The notes below the pieces were generated by a model. It saw only the letters and a program-made list of their open reading frames with translations, was not told the origin of the DNA and made no database searches. Positions 27,250 through 40,464 of a DNA stretch of 64,000 nucleotides are shown piece by piece (position 1 is the stretch's first letter; every line of letters starts with the position of its first letter). The position numbers and the translations under genes were made by a program. Source of the stretch: Heptranchias perlo (taxonomy: Eukaryota); NCBI RefSeq assembly GCF_035084215.1, contig NC_090330.1, positions 42,904,001-42,968,000 on the forward strand, written 5' to 3'.

Positions 27250-27535
27250 GGGATATTTGGGAAAGCGTTACCAGTGGGTTCCCACAGGGGTCTGTTTTGG
27301 GACCTCCTTTGTTTAATATCATTATAAATGATCTGGAGCTAGGAGTCACAAGCACAATGGTTAAATCTGAAGATGATACAAAACTAATGAAGGAAGTAAA
27401 CTCCAAAGCTGAACAGGATCAGCCACATGAATATTTGAAAATACTTGGTAATTAGGCAGACAGGTGGCAGATGAAATTCAATGTAGAGGAAAGCAATGTT
27501 CTTCACATGTGGACAAAACATCTAGGAAGGAAGCA
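27250..27535 (+). mobile_element. Old CR1 RT fragment, left part; continues at 30477-31330
   Basis: [26 protein letters not shown]...KSEDDTKL. The colinear continuation resumes after the minus-strand CR1. Confidence 0.75.
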
Positions 27536-28079
27536 CTGTATTATTTAAATCCTGCCCGATCTCCGTATCCCTTGATTCCCTCAGAGCCCAAAAATCTATC
27601 GATCTCAGTCTTCAATATACTCAACGACTGAGCATCCACAGCCCTCTAGGGTAGAGAATTCCAAAGATTCACAACCCTCTAAGTGAATAAATTTCTCCTC
27701 ATCTCAGCCCTAAATGTCCAACCCCTTATCCTGACACTATGTCCCTTAGTTCCAGACTCTCCAACCAGGAGAAACATCCTCTCAGCATCTACCCTGTCAA
27801 GCCCTCTTAGAATCTTATATGTTTTAATGAGATCACCTCTCATTTTTCTAAATTCCAGAGAGTATGGGCCCATTCTATTCAACCTTTCCTCATAGGACAA
27901 CCCTCTCATCCCAGGAATCAATCTAGTGAACCTTCGTTCCACTGCCTCTAAGGTAAGTATATCCTTCCTTAGGTAAGAAGAACAAAACTGTACACAGTAC
28001 TCCAGATGTGGTCTCACCAAAGCCCTGTACAATTGCAGCAAGACTTCCTTATTCTTATACTCTAACCCCCTTGTAATAA

Positions 28080-28797
28080 TTGTAAACAATTTTACAACAC
28101 CAAGTTATAGTCCAACAATTTTATTTTTAATCCCACAAGCTTTCGGGGGCTTTCCCCTGCCTCAGGCGGTGTGGAAATGACATTTTCGAATCCTTCGCAT
28201 TTTAAGATCACATAACAATGCCTGGTGATTACTGCCCGTTGCCAAGGCAATCACAGTGAGCAGACAGAAAGGTGTCACCTAAAAAGGCCACCGAATATAC
28301 AAACCCCCCAAAAAAAGAGAGAGAGAGATAAGGAAGACAGTCATGACCCGTTATGTTAAAAACAGATAACATTTGTTCGCTGGTGGGGTTACGTGTAGTG
28401 TGACATGAACCCAAGATCCCGGTTCATGTCACACTACACGTAACCCCACCAGCGAACAAATGTTATCTGTTTTTAATATAACGGGTCATTGACTGTCTTC
28501 CTTATCTCTCTCTCTCTCTTTTTTTTGGGGGTTTGTATATTCGGTGGCCTTTTTAGGTGACACCTTTCTGTCTGCTCACTGTGATTGCCTTGGCAACGGG
28601 CAGTAATCACCAGGCATTGTTATGTGATCTTAAAATGCGAAGGATTCGAAAATGTCATTTCCACACCGCCTGAGGAAGGGGAAAGCCCCCGAAAGCTTGT
28701 GGGATTAAAAATAAAATTGTTGGACTATAACTTGGTGTTGTAAAATTGTTTACAATTGTCAACCCCAGTCCATCACCGGCATCTCCACATCATGGCT
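28080..28797. mobile_element. Penelope-like element remnant: two inverted pLTRs forming a ~335-bp-arm hairpin, 13-bp TSD
   Basis: Arms 28078-28411 and 28421-28757 are near-perfect reverse complements. TSD CCCCTTGTAATAA at 28067-28079 and 28798-28810. Homologous to the 3' end of the GIY-YIG element at 46961-48903. Confidence 0.9.
28666..28702 (+). ncRNA. Minimal type I hammerhead ribozyme in pLTR (inverted copy at 28133-28169 has a core mutation, CTGAGGC)
   Basis: CCGC-CTGAGGA-A-GGGG(aaagc)CCCC-GAAA-GC-TT-GTGG: CUGANGA and GAAA cores with stems I and II. Confidence 0.75.
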
Positions 28798-30476
28798 CCC
28801 CTTGTAATAAAGGCCAACATTCCATTTGCCTTCCTAAATGCTTGATGGACCTGCGTGTTAATTTTCTGTGTTTCATGTACAAGGACACCCAAATCCCTCT
28901 GAACACCAACATTTAATAGTTTCTCACCATTTAAAAAATATTCCGTTTTTCTATTTTTCTTACCAAAGTGAATAACCTCACATTTCCCCACATTATACTC
29001 CATCTGCCACCTTCTTGTCCACTCATTTAACCTATTGCTATCCCTTTGCAGACTCTTTGCATCCTCCTTGCAGCTTACTTTCCCACCTAGCTTTATATCG
29101 TCAGCAAACTTGTATGCATTACACTCGGTCCCTTCATCCAAGTCATTAATATAGATTGTAAATAGCCGAAGCCCAAGCACTGATCCCTGCGGCACCTCAC
29201 TGCCAACCCGAAAATAACCTGTTTATTTCTACTCTCTTTTCAGTCCGTTAACCAATTCTCAATCCATGCTAATATATTCCCCCAATCCCATGAGCCCTAA
29301 TCTAGTGTAACAACCTCTTATGTGGCACCTTATCGAATGCCTTTTGAAAATCCAAAATACTACATCCAGTGCTTCCCCCTTATCTATCCTGTTAGTTACA
29401 CCCTCAAAAAACTCCAATAGATTTATCAAACATGAATTCCCTTTCATAAAACCATGTTGACTGCCTAATCATATTATGATTTTCTAAGTGGCCTGTTACT
29501 ATGTCCTTAATAATATATTCTAGCATTTTCCCCTACTACTGATGTCAGACTAACTGTTTCGGACTTAACTACACCACTCTCAAACTCAATATGAAATTCT
29601 AACATGTTATGATCTCTCTTCCCCAAAGGATCCTTTATTATAAGATTACTAATTGATCCTGTCTCATTACACAGTACTAGATCTAAAATAGCCTTTTCCC
29701 TAGTTGGTTCCTCGACATATTGTTCTAGAAAACTGACTCAGATGCATTCCATGAACTCATCCTCCAAATGACTTTTGCCAATTTGGTTTGCCCAGTCTAT
29801 ATGAAGATTAAAGTCCCTTATGATTACCCTTGTTACATGCTCCTCTAATTTCCTGATTTATGTTCTGTCCAACACTATAACTACCATTAGGGGATCTGTA
29901 AACTACTCCCACCAGTGTTTTCTGCCCCATGTTATTTCTTAGCTCCATCGATACTGATTCTACTTCCTGATTATCTGAGCTAAGATCCTTTTTCACTACT
30001 GCCTTTATCTCATCCTTTATTATCAGGGTTACTCCACCCACCCACCACTCTCCTTTTCCATTTTGCCTATCTTTTCTAAAAGTCAAACACCCTGGAATGT
30101 TCTGTTCCCAACCTTGGTCACCCTGCAACCACGTCTCAGTAATGGTACTATATCATACCCATTTATCTCTATTTGTGCCATTAATTCATCTATCTTGCTA
30201 CGAATGCTTCATGCATTCAGATAAAGCGCCTTTAATTTTAACTTTTTACTATTTTTCCCTGATGTGACCTTAGTCACTAATGCCCTATTACCTTTGTTAA
30301 ACACTCTGTCCCTTCCTGACACGCTCTGCTTGTTTTTACCCAAATTGCTACTCTACTCTACAGCCTTGATTTTTCTTTTTAGACTGATAAAATTACCCTT
30401 ACCTGAACCCTCTCCCTCTCTTATTAGTTTAGTTTAAAGCCCTAACTACTGCCCTAGTTATTTGATTCACCAGGAA

Positions 30477-31330
30477 AGAAAATAATATGTATGGAAAATT
30501 AAAAGATCTGTGGGTCCTGATTGACAATAAATTGAAGTGATTGCAACAATGCTCAGTGGCAGTGAGTAAAGCAAATCAGATGTTGGAAAGTATTAAAAGG
30601 TCAATATTGAATCAAGGTAGTGAGGTATTCCTTCTACTTTGTAAATCATTGGTGCATTGGTGCGACCATGCTTAGAATACAGTGTACAGTTCTGGTTGCC
30701 GCAGAACAAATACAATATTATAGCTATTGAAAGGATACAGAAGAGAGCAACCAAAATGATTGAGGGGATGAGAGATTGGATTATGAGGTGGGATTATGTA
30801 AATTGGGCATGTTCTCATGTTGAAAGGTGATGTGATTGCTGTTTATAGGATTATAAAGGGTCTAGATAATGTAGGTCATGACAAGCTATTTCCTCTTAAC
30901 CAGAACAGTGGAATCAGAGGATATGGCCTGAGCTTGAAGGAGGGTTAATTCAAAACTAATCTGCGGAAACATAAGTGAGTAGTCAATTTAGGCCCCCTAG
31001 GAAGACGGTGGAAGCAGGTAGTATTGATTTATTGAAATACAAATTGGATAGATTTCTTTCAGAAAATAATATTTTGGGAAACAGTGTATGAGTAATTTGA
31101 GATATGATATGTGGTAAGTTTAGCATGCTTGGGTGGAACTGGTGACTTTGGACCTATGGTTCCCAAAGCTGTCTACCACTGGAGTTTTCCTCGCCTCACA
31201 CCTGGGTCTGTTGTGGACTAATTGATATAGATTGAGTGCTACGATTAGTCAACAACTCCATTATTGTTGTATAATGTGACTGCCAGGATGGTAGAAGGAG
31301 AACTAGATGGACCTTGGACTTTATTCATGA
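30477..31330 (+). mobile_element. Old CR1 3' part (continuation of 27250-27535)
   Basis: LVRPCLEYSVQFW and IERIQKRATKMIEGM; tail GAACTAGATGGACCTTGG. Confidence 0.7.
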
Positions 31331-32479
31331 TAGAAAGGAGGAAGAGGAAGAAAGAGGGGGATAAGGAGGGAGATGGGGTGAAAAGGGGAAATGAAAGAGA
31401 CTGGCAGGGGAATGGGGAAAGGATGGGAAAGGGGATGGGAAAGGGGGATGGAGGATTGGGGGAGGGATCTGTGCTGTTTCTCAGCAGAGGGAGGGGGATG
31501 TGAATGGGCAGGAAAGTCTGTCATTGAGGGGAGGGGTGTTGAGGTCTGCAACATTCCTCAGTGGGGGAGTTGACAAGGTCCTTCAGTGGGAGGAAGAAGT
31601 CTGAGGCCTGCCAAGTTGTTCAGTGGGAGTGGGGGAGGGGGTTGCAAAGCTAGCAAGTTTTCAAAGGGATGGGGGGGGGATGGTGGAAAGCCTTTGCAGC
31701 AGGGAGTGTCAATCCCTCGGTGGGGGGGGGGGAGGTTGCCAATACCAAGACGATCCATCATGGGGTGTGGGTCAGGGGGATTGAAACCTTTAATATTCCT
31801 CAGTGGGTATGAGGGCAAGGGTTTGCAGAGCTATTAAAAGTCCTTCAGTGCAGGGGAGGTGGGGTATGCAAAGTACCCGTTAGAGGGGTGGAGCGGCAGA
31901 AAGATCTGTCAGTGGGAGGGAGAAGGGAGTGCAAGGTTTGGAACACTGTTCTGCTGGGGAGTAGGTTCAAGGCCATTACAGTTCCCAAGCGGGTAGGCAG
32001 GTGGCTCAAATAATCATGGGCATGGTTCACATAACTAACATTTCAAACATTCGAGCCATGGGTCCAGGGAAGCGATGCTTCATTGTATGGGGGACAAAAA
32101 GTGTTGTTTCTGGTGGGGGAAGGCTTCATGGGAGGGTGAATTGTGAGATTCAGTGGGTATGTGAAAAAGTGGCAGACATGGTTTGTGGTGGAAAAGAGTC
32201 TGAGGAAGAAGGGCAGAAACTGGAGATGGAGGAGATTCCATAGGACAGAGGGCAGGAGTTGCCATCTTGGAGTGGGGTCAGAGGTCTAAGGTAGAAACTT
32301 AACCTGAGGAGCCATGGGGAGCTTGGATGGAAAATGCATCAAAAGGGAATCCACAGGTAAGCTATATACATTTAAAATGTTCTCCTTACCTCTATTACCT
32401 TTACTAAATTGCATGATACCACTGGAGTTTAACTCGGAGCAGGAATCGGACAGGTGGGGTGCATGGCAAAACCCCCTGA

Positions 32480-34386
32480 TGTCGCCAGCGTGAAGCATGG
32501 GCAATTTCTGCCAAGAAGTTTCAGTGCCATGACTGAAAGCACGGAGGAGTCTGTTTCTGACATATGTAGTGTCATCTTGCATGGCATCAGCACTCTGCAG
32601 TTTACCTTGGAGGGTGTGCTGAGCTCTAGGGTTTTTGCAGATTTGCCCTCATAAAAGAAGTCAATGTTACCAAGGTTTGCGGTTTGGATTGAAGCTCAAA
32701 CAGCTGCTATGCAGGCTGTGGGCTCCACCTTGGAGGAACAGGTGTCCACCTTGGATGGATTTGTGGACCGAATAGATAGGGGCTTTCAAGGAGTCACTCA
32801 TCTTCTGCTCACCCACAGATCAGTGGAAGTGATGAGCCCCAGCCCCATGGGAGTAACAGTGGCACAATGGGAGCAGTACGTGTTGCTCACTCTCAGGATG
32901 TCAGCATGTCCGATCCTTCGCCATCCTTCAACCATGTGCTGGGAAATCAGCTGGGCCAAACTGCCCTGGCAGCAGCCGAGGCCTTCGTAGGCTCGAGCAC
33001 TCAGAAGTCGTGGCCACGAGCATCTCAAGGGTCCCCACATGAGCAAGAGCAGCTTTACTGAGGCAACTGGAGGAGCACCTCATAGGAGTAGTAGAGTTAG
33101 TAAACCTGCTTTTAAGAAAGGCACTATGAGTTGATACTTGGGTGAGAAAGTAATTCAAGGCAAATATTGTGTTTCCTGTTAAATTCATCTACTTTATCAC
33201 ATTTGGCATATTGGTCTGCAATGTGGTTTCATAGCAGTTGCTGAGTCTGCAATTTCAATATGTCATTGATATAGAAGTTGGCTGAATGGTTTCAGTGTTC
33301 TTTAATGCAGGATAAAGAGAATGGTGAAGAACATAACACGGACTGTTATTGCAGAGGAACTTTGTGTAAGTTTTCAGAGCAGGGGAATGAGCAGTTTCAC
33401 CGTAATCATCACGCAATTAACTCATCTCATGCTGCAAGGCTATGAGGTGGCCCTTCTTCTTCTGCTGTTTCCTCAGCTTCACCCTGGTCTTCCTTGTCTG
33501 ATGAGGACTGATGCTGTTGCTCCGCCTCCTACAAAAGCCGGCCTCTCTATATGCCAAGCTTGTGCAGGATGCAGCACCCCATTATGATGCGTGAGACTCT
33601 TTGTGTGGCATATTTGTAGGGAGATCCAAGACTCCTCGATACATCTTTACCTTTCTTTGAGGAGCCCTATAGTGTGCTCAATTATGATCTTGGTGGTCTC
33701 ATGGCTTAGATTCTACCTGTGTTGTTCAGGTGTGGTGGGGCTGCAAAGGGGTGTCATAAGCCATGTACGTAGGGGGTATTTCTTTCCCCCAGCGGCCACC
33801 CTGTCACGTTCCTGGAAAGGTTGAATATTGAGAGGATAGTTAAGTGTCACAGGATAAAAGCGATGTGACAGCTGTTAGGAATCTTTCAAAAACTTGCAGT
33901 ATCCTGTTTCTGTGAGAGGAGACGAGCTGCACACGAATAGAGTGGTAGCCCTTCCCATTCATGAAGGCTGCTGGCTGGTGTTCTGGTGCCCTAATGGCAA
34001 CATGTGTGCAATTTGTGACACCTTGGACGCAAGTGAAGCCAGCCACTGCAGCAACTTCCTGAGCTTTCTCCTGTTGACTGTTGACGTCAATGGGGAAAAT
34101 AATGCACTGGCTAGCCCTAGCGAACAGGGCATTGATAACCTGCGTAATGCAGCTGTGCACTGCCGACTGGGATTTTTTTTTATTCGTTCATGGATGTGGG
34201 TGTCGCTGGCAAGGCCAGCCCATTGCCCATCCCTAATATGCAGCAGTTGTCCCCTGTATCAACCAATGGCAAAAAGCCACTGACAAAGCAATGCCTTCTG
34301 GTCCAGCAGGCAGCAGATCCTGTTGCAGGAGTGCAGAGGTCTGCAACAGCCTCTCTGGAGAAACACAGCCTCCTGATGCACAGAGC
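32480..34386 (-). mobile_element. Decayed Harbinger: Harbi1-like nuclease on - (~33400-34386), convergent second-gene last exon on + (~32480-33130)
   Basis: ORF 33840-34160(-): SQSAVHSCITQV..AGFTCVQGVTNCTHVAIRAP...NGKGYHSIRVQLV (decayed IDCTH and NRKG motifs). The + part resembles the Myb gene exon 3 at 57555-58400. Confidence 0.8.
34172..34236 (-). mobile_element. Very short 3'-tail insertion of the tRNA-headed LINE/SINE family into the Harbi gene
   Basis: T9-ATTCGTTCATGGATGTGGG..GGCAAGGCCAG..TTGCCCATCCCTAAT matches the tail at 49112-49180 and splits the CCI|SQSAV motif. Confidence 0.8.
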
Positions 34387-35372
34387 TGGCTAAAGTGAAC
34401 TGGGAAATTAGGTTAAGGGATATGTCAGTAGAGATGCAGTGACAGACATTTAATGAGATATTTCATAACACTCAGCAGATACATTCCAGTGAGAAAGAAA
34501 GACTCTAGGGGAAGGACGTACCATCCGTGGCTAGCTAAGGAAATTAAAGATAGTATCAAATTGAAAGAAAAAACATACAATTCCGCAAATATTAGTGGCA
34601 GGTCAGAAGATTGGACAAAATATAAAAAGCAGCAAAGAATGACTAAAAGAATAATAAGTAGGGAGAAATTAGAGTACGAGAGAAAGCTAGCTAGAAATAT
34701 AAAAACAGATAGTAAGAATTTCTACAGAAAAAGAGTAAGTAAAGTGAGTGTTGGTCCTCCAGAGAGTTAGTCGTGGGAATTAATAATGGAGAATAAGGAA
34801 ATGGCGGATGAATTGAACAGATATTTGGGGCTTCATTTTAGCACCCGCTATCGGGTGCGTTCCTGGCCGGCGGGGGGGCTCCGAAAATCGGGGAATCCCG
34901 GAGCGGGTCCGGAGCCCGGCTCCAACCCGCCCACTTCCAGGTTCCCCACAGATGCGCCGGCGTGCGCGCGCAGCCCCCGCAGGTGGGAATCCCGCAGGTA
35001 ATTAAAGCCAGCGGGATGCCACTTGACAATATTTATCTAGGTATTTCAGGTCATTAACAGACCTGATTAAGGGATTATGTGAGGAGGGGTGGGATTTTAC
35101 AAACAACTGGGACTGTTTCCCATACTGGGGGAAACACTCCCAGTTGAAATAGACGTGTTGCAGCTGTCAGCCTGTGGCAGCTGCAAAGGTCCATTTGACA
35201 GATGGGGGGGGGGAGACCCTCACTCATTGCAGGAGGCCACTCTGTCACTTGGGACAAAGTTTGGCCTCCACCACCCTCCTCCTGACAAGAAAATTCACCA
35301 ACTTGCACACTTACCCCGGGGTCCAGAGACATGTACCTACCTTGTGGACCCCCTCAGATGTACATCTTCCGG

Positions 35373-35805
35373 ATGGGGGCCGCCGTAGCTGCAGTCATGA
35401 CCTCCTCGGAGGGCGAACAGCATCACCAGCCTCACCAGCCTTGCCGGCCACGCCGTCCACCTCTAACACGTGGAGCTCCACGACAGAGTGCTGTGACACA
35501 TCCACCTGCACAGCAGGAGGGAGGGCAACCACGGAGAGAGATGCATCGCAGAAGGCACTACCCTCGCCACAGGGTCCACAGACCGAGGCTCAGCTTCCTG
35601 GACCTCTCTGAGCAGCAGTGCACACGGAGGCTCAGAGTCACTCGACATGTAGTCGTGGACATCTGCAGCCTCCTTCATGCCGAGCTGCTCCCGGTTGGCC
35701 CGAGCACCATCTTCTTACCTGTCGCTGTCAAAGTCACCACTGCCCTCAACAACTTCTCCCCCGCATCCTTCCAGGGTGCCACCGGGGACATCGCCGACGT
35801 CTCCA
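35373..35805 (+). pseudogene. Harbi1-like nuclease N-terminal half (catalytic DDE part deleted)
   Basis: RPRLSFLDLSEQQCTRRLRVTR..DICSLL..LPVAVKVTTALNNF..SFQGATGDIADVS. Confidence 0.8.
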
Positions 35806-36375
35806 CAAAAGAGCCCTGCAAATACACCTACACCACTCTGCAGTGACACAATGGGTGTCATCAGTTGTGGGTCTTCATTGTGATCCTCAGGAAAGGGCAT
35901 TATTGCACAAACCAGACAAGATTCGCAAAGACGTGACAGTAGTGGTGCCAATATAATATGTAATGTGAGTTGGTCAGAAATTCAATATAAGTAACAACCA
36001 TGACAAACCCTCAAACACCCTTGTGCATCCCCTTCATGCTCACGACACGTTTGCCTTACGCTGCCTACTGCACATATGTGATGCATGCCCTGTAGCTGCA
36101 GCACAGGTAGTGGCAGGTTGAGTGAGGCTGACCGTTAAAGAGATGCACGAGAGGGTGAGTATGAGATAGAGCCATGAGATTGTATGAGGATTGGGTTGAG
36201 TGGTAGTGACGGGATGAGTACTGGCGAGGTGAGTAAGTGCAGGTAAGATGAGGATGAGGTTTGAGTGGGTATGAGGGGTGATGTGACAGAGTAGTGTTGG
36301 CAGTGCAGAAGGTGATGTGAGGTGGGGGCGGTGATGTGGCAGATGGAGTGTAGGGGAATGAGTAAGTGTACTCAC

Positions 36376-36620
36376 TTTGGCTGACCTACTTAGGTCATTG
36401 GAGCGCCTCCTGCACTGTATGCAGGTGGACGATATGTTGGTGGTGCAGATGACCTCTTCTGCCACCTCGAGCCAGGCCTTCCTGGTGGCAGAGGCAGGCC
36501 GCTTCCTCCCGCCCATCGGGGGGAAGATCTCTGTCCTCCCCCTCCTCCTCACCCCATCTAATGATACCTGGAGTGAGGCATCATTAAACTGGGAGCAGCC
36601 TTCCCCCTGGGCTGCTCCAT
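36376..36620 (-). pseudogene. Myb/SANT-like (MSANTD-type) DNA-binding gene exon 1 of Harbinger, frameshifted
   Basis: MEQPRGKAAP/FNDASLQVSLDGV...KAWLEVAEEV...IQCRRRSNDLSRSAK, then a GTGAGT donor. TATTTAAA box at ~36671-36678 (minus). Confidence 0.8.
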
Positions 36621-37818
36621 GCTGTAATTTTTTGAATTTGTTGCAGCATCTGTCAGTGGAGGACTCCCCCTTTAAATAGAGCTCCTCCAGCTGACAGGCC
36701 TTACTGCGCATGCGCAGTCCGCCCGACGCACAGATCAGCAGTGGGGAACCCGGAAGACCAGGTAAGTGGATCCAATTAAGCTGCGAACGCACGGGGGGCA
36801 GACTAATTTCACTGGGCGCGTTACCCACGCGCCCAATAGCACCCCTGCCGCGAACCTGCAGCCCCGGTAACATCGGGCTCTTTGGGTCCGTCTTCACGGT
36901 AGAGGATACAAATAACATGCCAGAAATAATTGTGAATCAAGAGGTGAAAGGGAGGGAGGAACTTAAAACATTTACAAACACCAGGGAAAGGGTTCTGAAA
37001 AAAATATTAGAACTAAAAGCTGATAAGTCCCCAGGTCCTGACGGACTTCATCCTAGGGTCTTAAAAGAAGTGGCTGCAGAGATAGTAGATGCATTGGTAT
37101 TAATTTTCCAAGATTCCCTAGATTCTGGAAGGGTCCCACCAGATTGGAAAATAACAAATGTAACTCCTCTATTCAAGAAAGGAGTGAGACAGAAAGCAGG
37201 AAACTACAGGCCAGTTAGCTAAACATCTGTCATAGGGAAAATGCTACAATCTATTATTAAGGGGGTTATTGCAGGGCACTTAGAAAATCTCAATGCAATC
37301 AGGCAGAGTCAACACAGCTTTGTGAAAGGGAAATTATGTTTGACTAATTTATTAGAGTTCTTTGAGGAAGTAACAAGCAACGTGGATAAAGGGGATCCTG
37401 TGGATGTGGTATACTTGGATTTCCAGAAGGCTTTTGACAAGGTGCCACATCAAAGGCTACTACACAAAATAAAAGCTCATGGTGTAGGGGATAACATATT
37501 AGCATGGATAAAGGATTGGTTAGGTAACAGGAAACAGAGAGTAGGCATAAATGGGTCATTTTCAGGTTGGCAAGATGTAACGAGTGGAGTGCCACAGGGA
37601 ATGTGCTGGGGCCTCAACTATTTACAATCTATATCAATGACTTGGATGAAGGGACTGAATGTATGGTTGCTAATTTTGCTGATGACACAAAGGTAGGTAG
37701 GAAAGTAAGTTGTGAAGAGGACATAAGGAGTCTGCAAAGGGATATAGATAGGTTAAATGAGCGGATAAAAAATTGGCAGATGGAGTATAATGTGGGAAAA
37801 TGTGAACTTGTCCACTTT

Positions 37819-40192
37819 AGAAACATAGAAACATAAAAAATAGGAGCAGGAGTAGGCCATTCGGCCCTTCGAGCCTGCTCCGCCATTCAATATGATCATA
37901 GCTGATCCTCTATCTCAATACCATATTCCCGCTCTCTCCCCATACCCCTTCGAGCCTTCTGTGTCTCGAAATCTCTTTATTAAATATAATCAGTGACTTG
38001 GCCTCCACAGCCTTCTGTGGTAGAGAATTCAACAGATTCACCACCCTATGAGTGAAGAAATTTCTCCTCATCTCAGTCCTAAATGTCCTACCCCGTATCC
38101 TGAGACTGTGACCCCTCGTTCTGGACCCCCCAGCCAGGGGAAACATCCTCCCTGCATCCAGTCTGTCTCGCCCTGTCAGAATTGTATACGTTTCAATGAG
38201 GTCCCCTCTCATTCTTCTAAACTCTAGTGAATACAGGCCTAGTCGACCCAATCTCTCCTCATTCGACAGTCCTGCCATCCCAGGAATCAGTCTGGTGAAC
38301 CTTCGCTGCCCCCCCATCTATGAGAAATATATCCTTTCTTAGGTAAGGAGACCAAAACTGCACACAATACTCCAGGTATGGTCTCACCAAGGCCCTGTAT
38401 AACTTCAGTACGACATCCTTGCTCCTGTACTCAAATCCTCTTGCAATGAAGGCCAACATACTATTTGCCTTCCTAACTGCTTGCTGCACCTGCATGTTTG
38501 CTTTCAGTGACTGATGTACAAAGACACCCAGGTCCCTTTGTACATCAACATTCCCCAATCTATCACCATTTAAATAACACTCTGCCTTTCTGTTTTCCTT
38601 CCGAAGTGGATAACTTCACATTTATCCACATTATACTGCATCTGCCATGTATTTGCCCACTCACTCAACTTGTCTAAATCGCCTTGAAGCCTCTCTGCAT
38701 CCTCCTCACAACTCACAATCCCACCTAGTTTTGTGTCGTCAGCAAACTTGGAAATATTACATTTGCTTCCCTCATCCAAATCATTGATATATATTGTGAA
38801 TAACTGGGGCCCAAGCACTGATCCCTGCGGTACCCCACTAGTCACTGCCTGCCACCCCGAAAAAGACCCATTTATTCCTACTCTCTGTTTCCTGTCTATT
38901 CAATTCATGCCAGTATATTACCCCCAATCATTCCTTAAATGTTAACCATTGCCTATCCACTGCCATGCCTTTTAATGAAGCTCCCCAATCTATTATAGCC
39001 AACTCACTCCTCATACCTTCATAGTTTCCTTTGTTTAGATTTAGGACCCTAGTTTTGGGTTGGACTACTTCACTTTCCATCTTAATGAAGATTTCTATCA
39101 TGTTATGGTCACTCTTCCCTAAAGGACCCCGCACAACAAGATTATTAATTAACCCCTTCTCTTTGCACAGTACCAACCTAGGATAGCCTGTTCCCTGGCT
39201 GGCTCCTCAATGTACTGGTCTAAAAAACCATCTCATACACACTCCAGGAATTCATCCTCCACAGTATTATTGCTAATTTGGTTTGGCCAGTCTATATGTA
39301 GATCAAAGTTACCCATGATTACTGTATTACCCTTGTTACGTGCATCTCTAATTTCCTGTTTGATGCCACCCCCTACAATACCATTATTGTTTGGAGGCCT
39401 ATAGACAACTCCCACCAGTGTTTTCCGCCCCTTGGTGCTCCTTAACTCCATCCAGATTGATTCTACATCTTGATTTTCTGAACCAATATCCTTTCTCACT
39501 ATTGCTCTGATTTCATCCTTTACTAACAACACCACCCCACCTCCTTTTTATTTTTGCCTGTCCTTCCTAAATATTGCATACTCTTGGAAATTCAGCTCCC
39601 AGCCTTGGTTACCCTGCAGCCATATCTCTGTAATTGCAATTATATTGTATCCGTTTATATCTATTTGTGCTGTTAATTTGTCTACCTTATTACGAATGCT
39701 TCGTGCGTTCAGCTACAGTGCCTTTAGATTTGTCTTTTTAACATTTTTAGACATCTTAACTTTTTTTGTAATATGGACCTATTTGTCTTATTACCATTTT
39801 TTCTTACCCAGACCCTATTTGTTAGTGCAATCTTTTTTTTTGTACACTCTGTCCCTTCCTGACACAATCTGGTTATCTTTACTCCAATCACTTCCCTGCA
39901 CTGCTTCCTTGTCTTTTCACCTTGGTATTCTAGATTTCTTTCCACCGGAACCCTCCCCCCCCCCCCTTATTTAGTTTAAAGCCCTATCTACCTCCGTAGT
40001 TATTCGATTCGCTAGAACTCTGGTCCCAGCATGGTTCAGGTGTAGTCCGTCCCAACGGAACAGCTCTCTCTTTCCCCAGTACTGGTGCCAGTGCGCCACG
40101 AATCGAAACCCACTCCTCCCACACCAATTTTTGAGCCACACATTCATCTCCCTGATCCTATTGACCCCTATGCCAATTTGCTCGTGGCTCAC
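37819..40192 (-). mobile_element. CR1 LINE with ORF1 esterase end, APE, internal deletion, RT and 3' tail
   Basis: ORF1 SGNH-like WLKNWC..GFRF...DGLHLN.AG (39971-40190); APE GVVYRPPN and GNFDL; [12 protein letters not shown] and FADD; tail (AGAAACAT)2 at 37819. Confidence 0.93.
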
Positions 40193-40194
40193 CA

Positions 40195-40464
40195 ATCCCG
40201 CTAGGCTTTACTAGTGGCTTGGGTGCTAGGCGTGACTTCTGCGATTTTGTGTTAAAATTGTGTCAGTTTCCTAAAGACATTAAAGAACTGAAATTTGCAT
40301 GTATTCTTGAGGCCCCCATTTCCCTCTGTCAGGCGCCTAAGCCAACTAAAAAAACTGTACGGTTAAAATGGCGGTCGGTGGGAACAGAGCGGTAAGTACA
40401 CTGAAGTGATTTTAACCAGCTGTTTGCCTCATTCCCACCGGGTGAGGTGGGTTAAAATTGCCCC
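40195..40464. mobile_element. Harbinger/MITE right terminus
   Basis: Ends GGGTTAAAATTGCCCC, like the termini at ~15540, ~43455 and ~59340. Confidence 0.5.

Larger units (their letters stand above)
27550..30475 (-). mobile_element. CR1 LINE (APE plus RT, internally deleted) interrupted by a Penelope hairpin
   Basis: Minus ORFs 29808-30128 (APE, LVGVVYRSPN), 29259-29447, 28773-29195 (PQGSVLG..FADD) and 27679-28089 (VRPHLEYCVQF). Confidence 0.92.
34828..36880 (+). mobile_element. Young internally deleted PIF/Harbinger element inserted in CR1
   Basis: CR1 frame resumes across the insertion (AGATAT.../TTTGGGTCCGTC) with a ~3-bp TTT/TTG duplication. Imperfect TIRs GGGCTTCATTTTAGC / GGTAACATCGGGCTC; CpG-rich ends. 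Confidence 0.85.
34387..37818 (+). mobile_element. CR1 LINE ORF2 internal fragment, interrupted by a Harbinger at 34828-36880
   Basis: HPWLAKEIK, MADELNRY|FGSVFTVED, KSPGPDGLHP, DFQKAFDKVPH and FADDTK; 3' end missing. Confidence 0.92.

Noticed and set aside
27060-27250. G/A-rich ORFs here and at 31330-32280
   Set aside because: Low-complexity purine tracts give stop-poor frames with no domain signal.
36040-36918. 292-aa minus-strand ORF as an intact protein
   Set aside because: It is a chance read-through of antisense CR1, the transposon end, the frameshifted Myb exon and a low-complexity intron.
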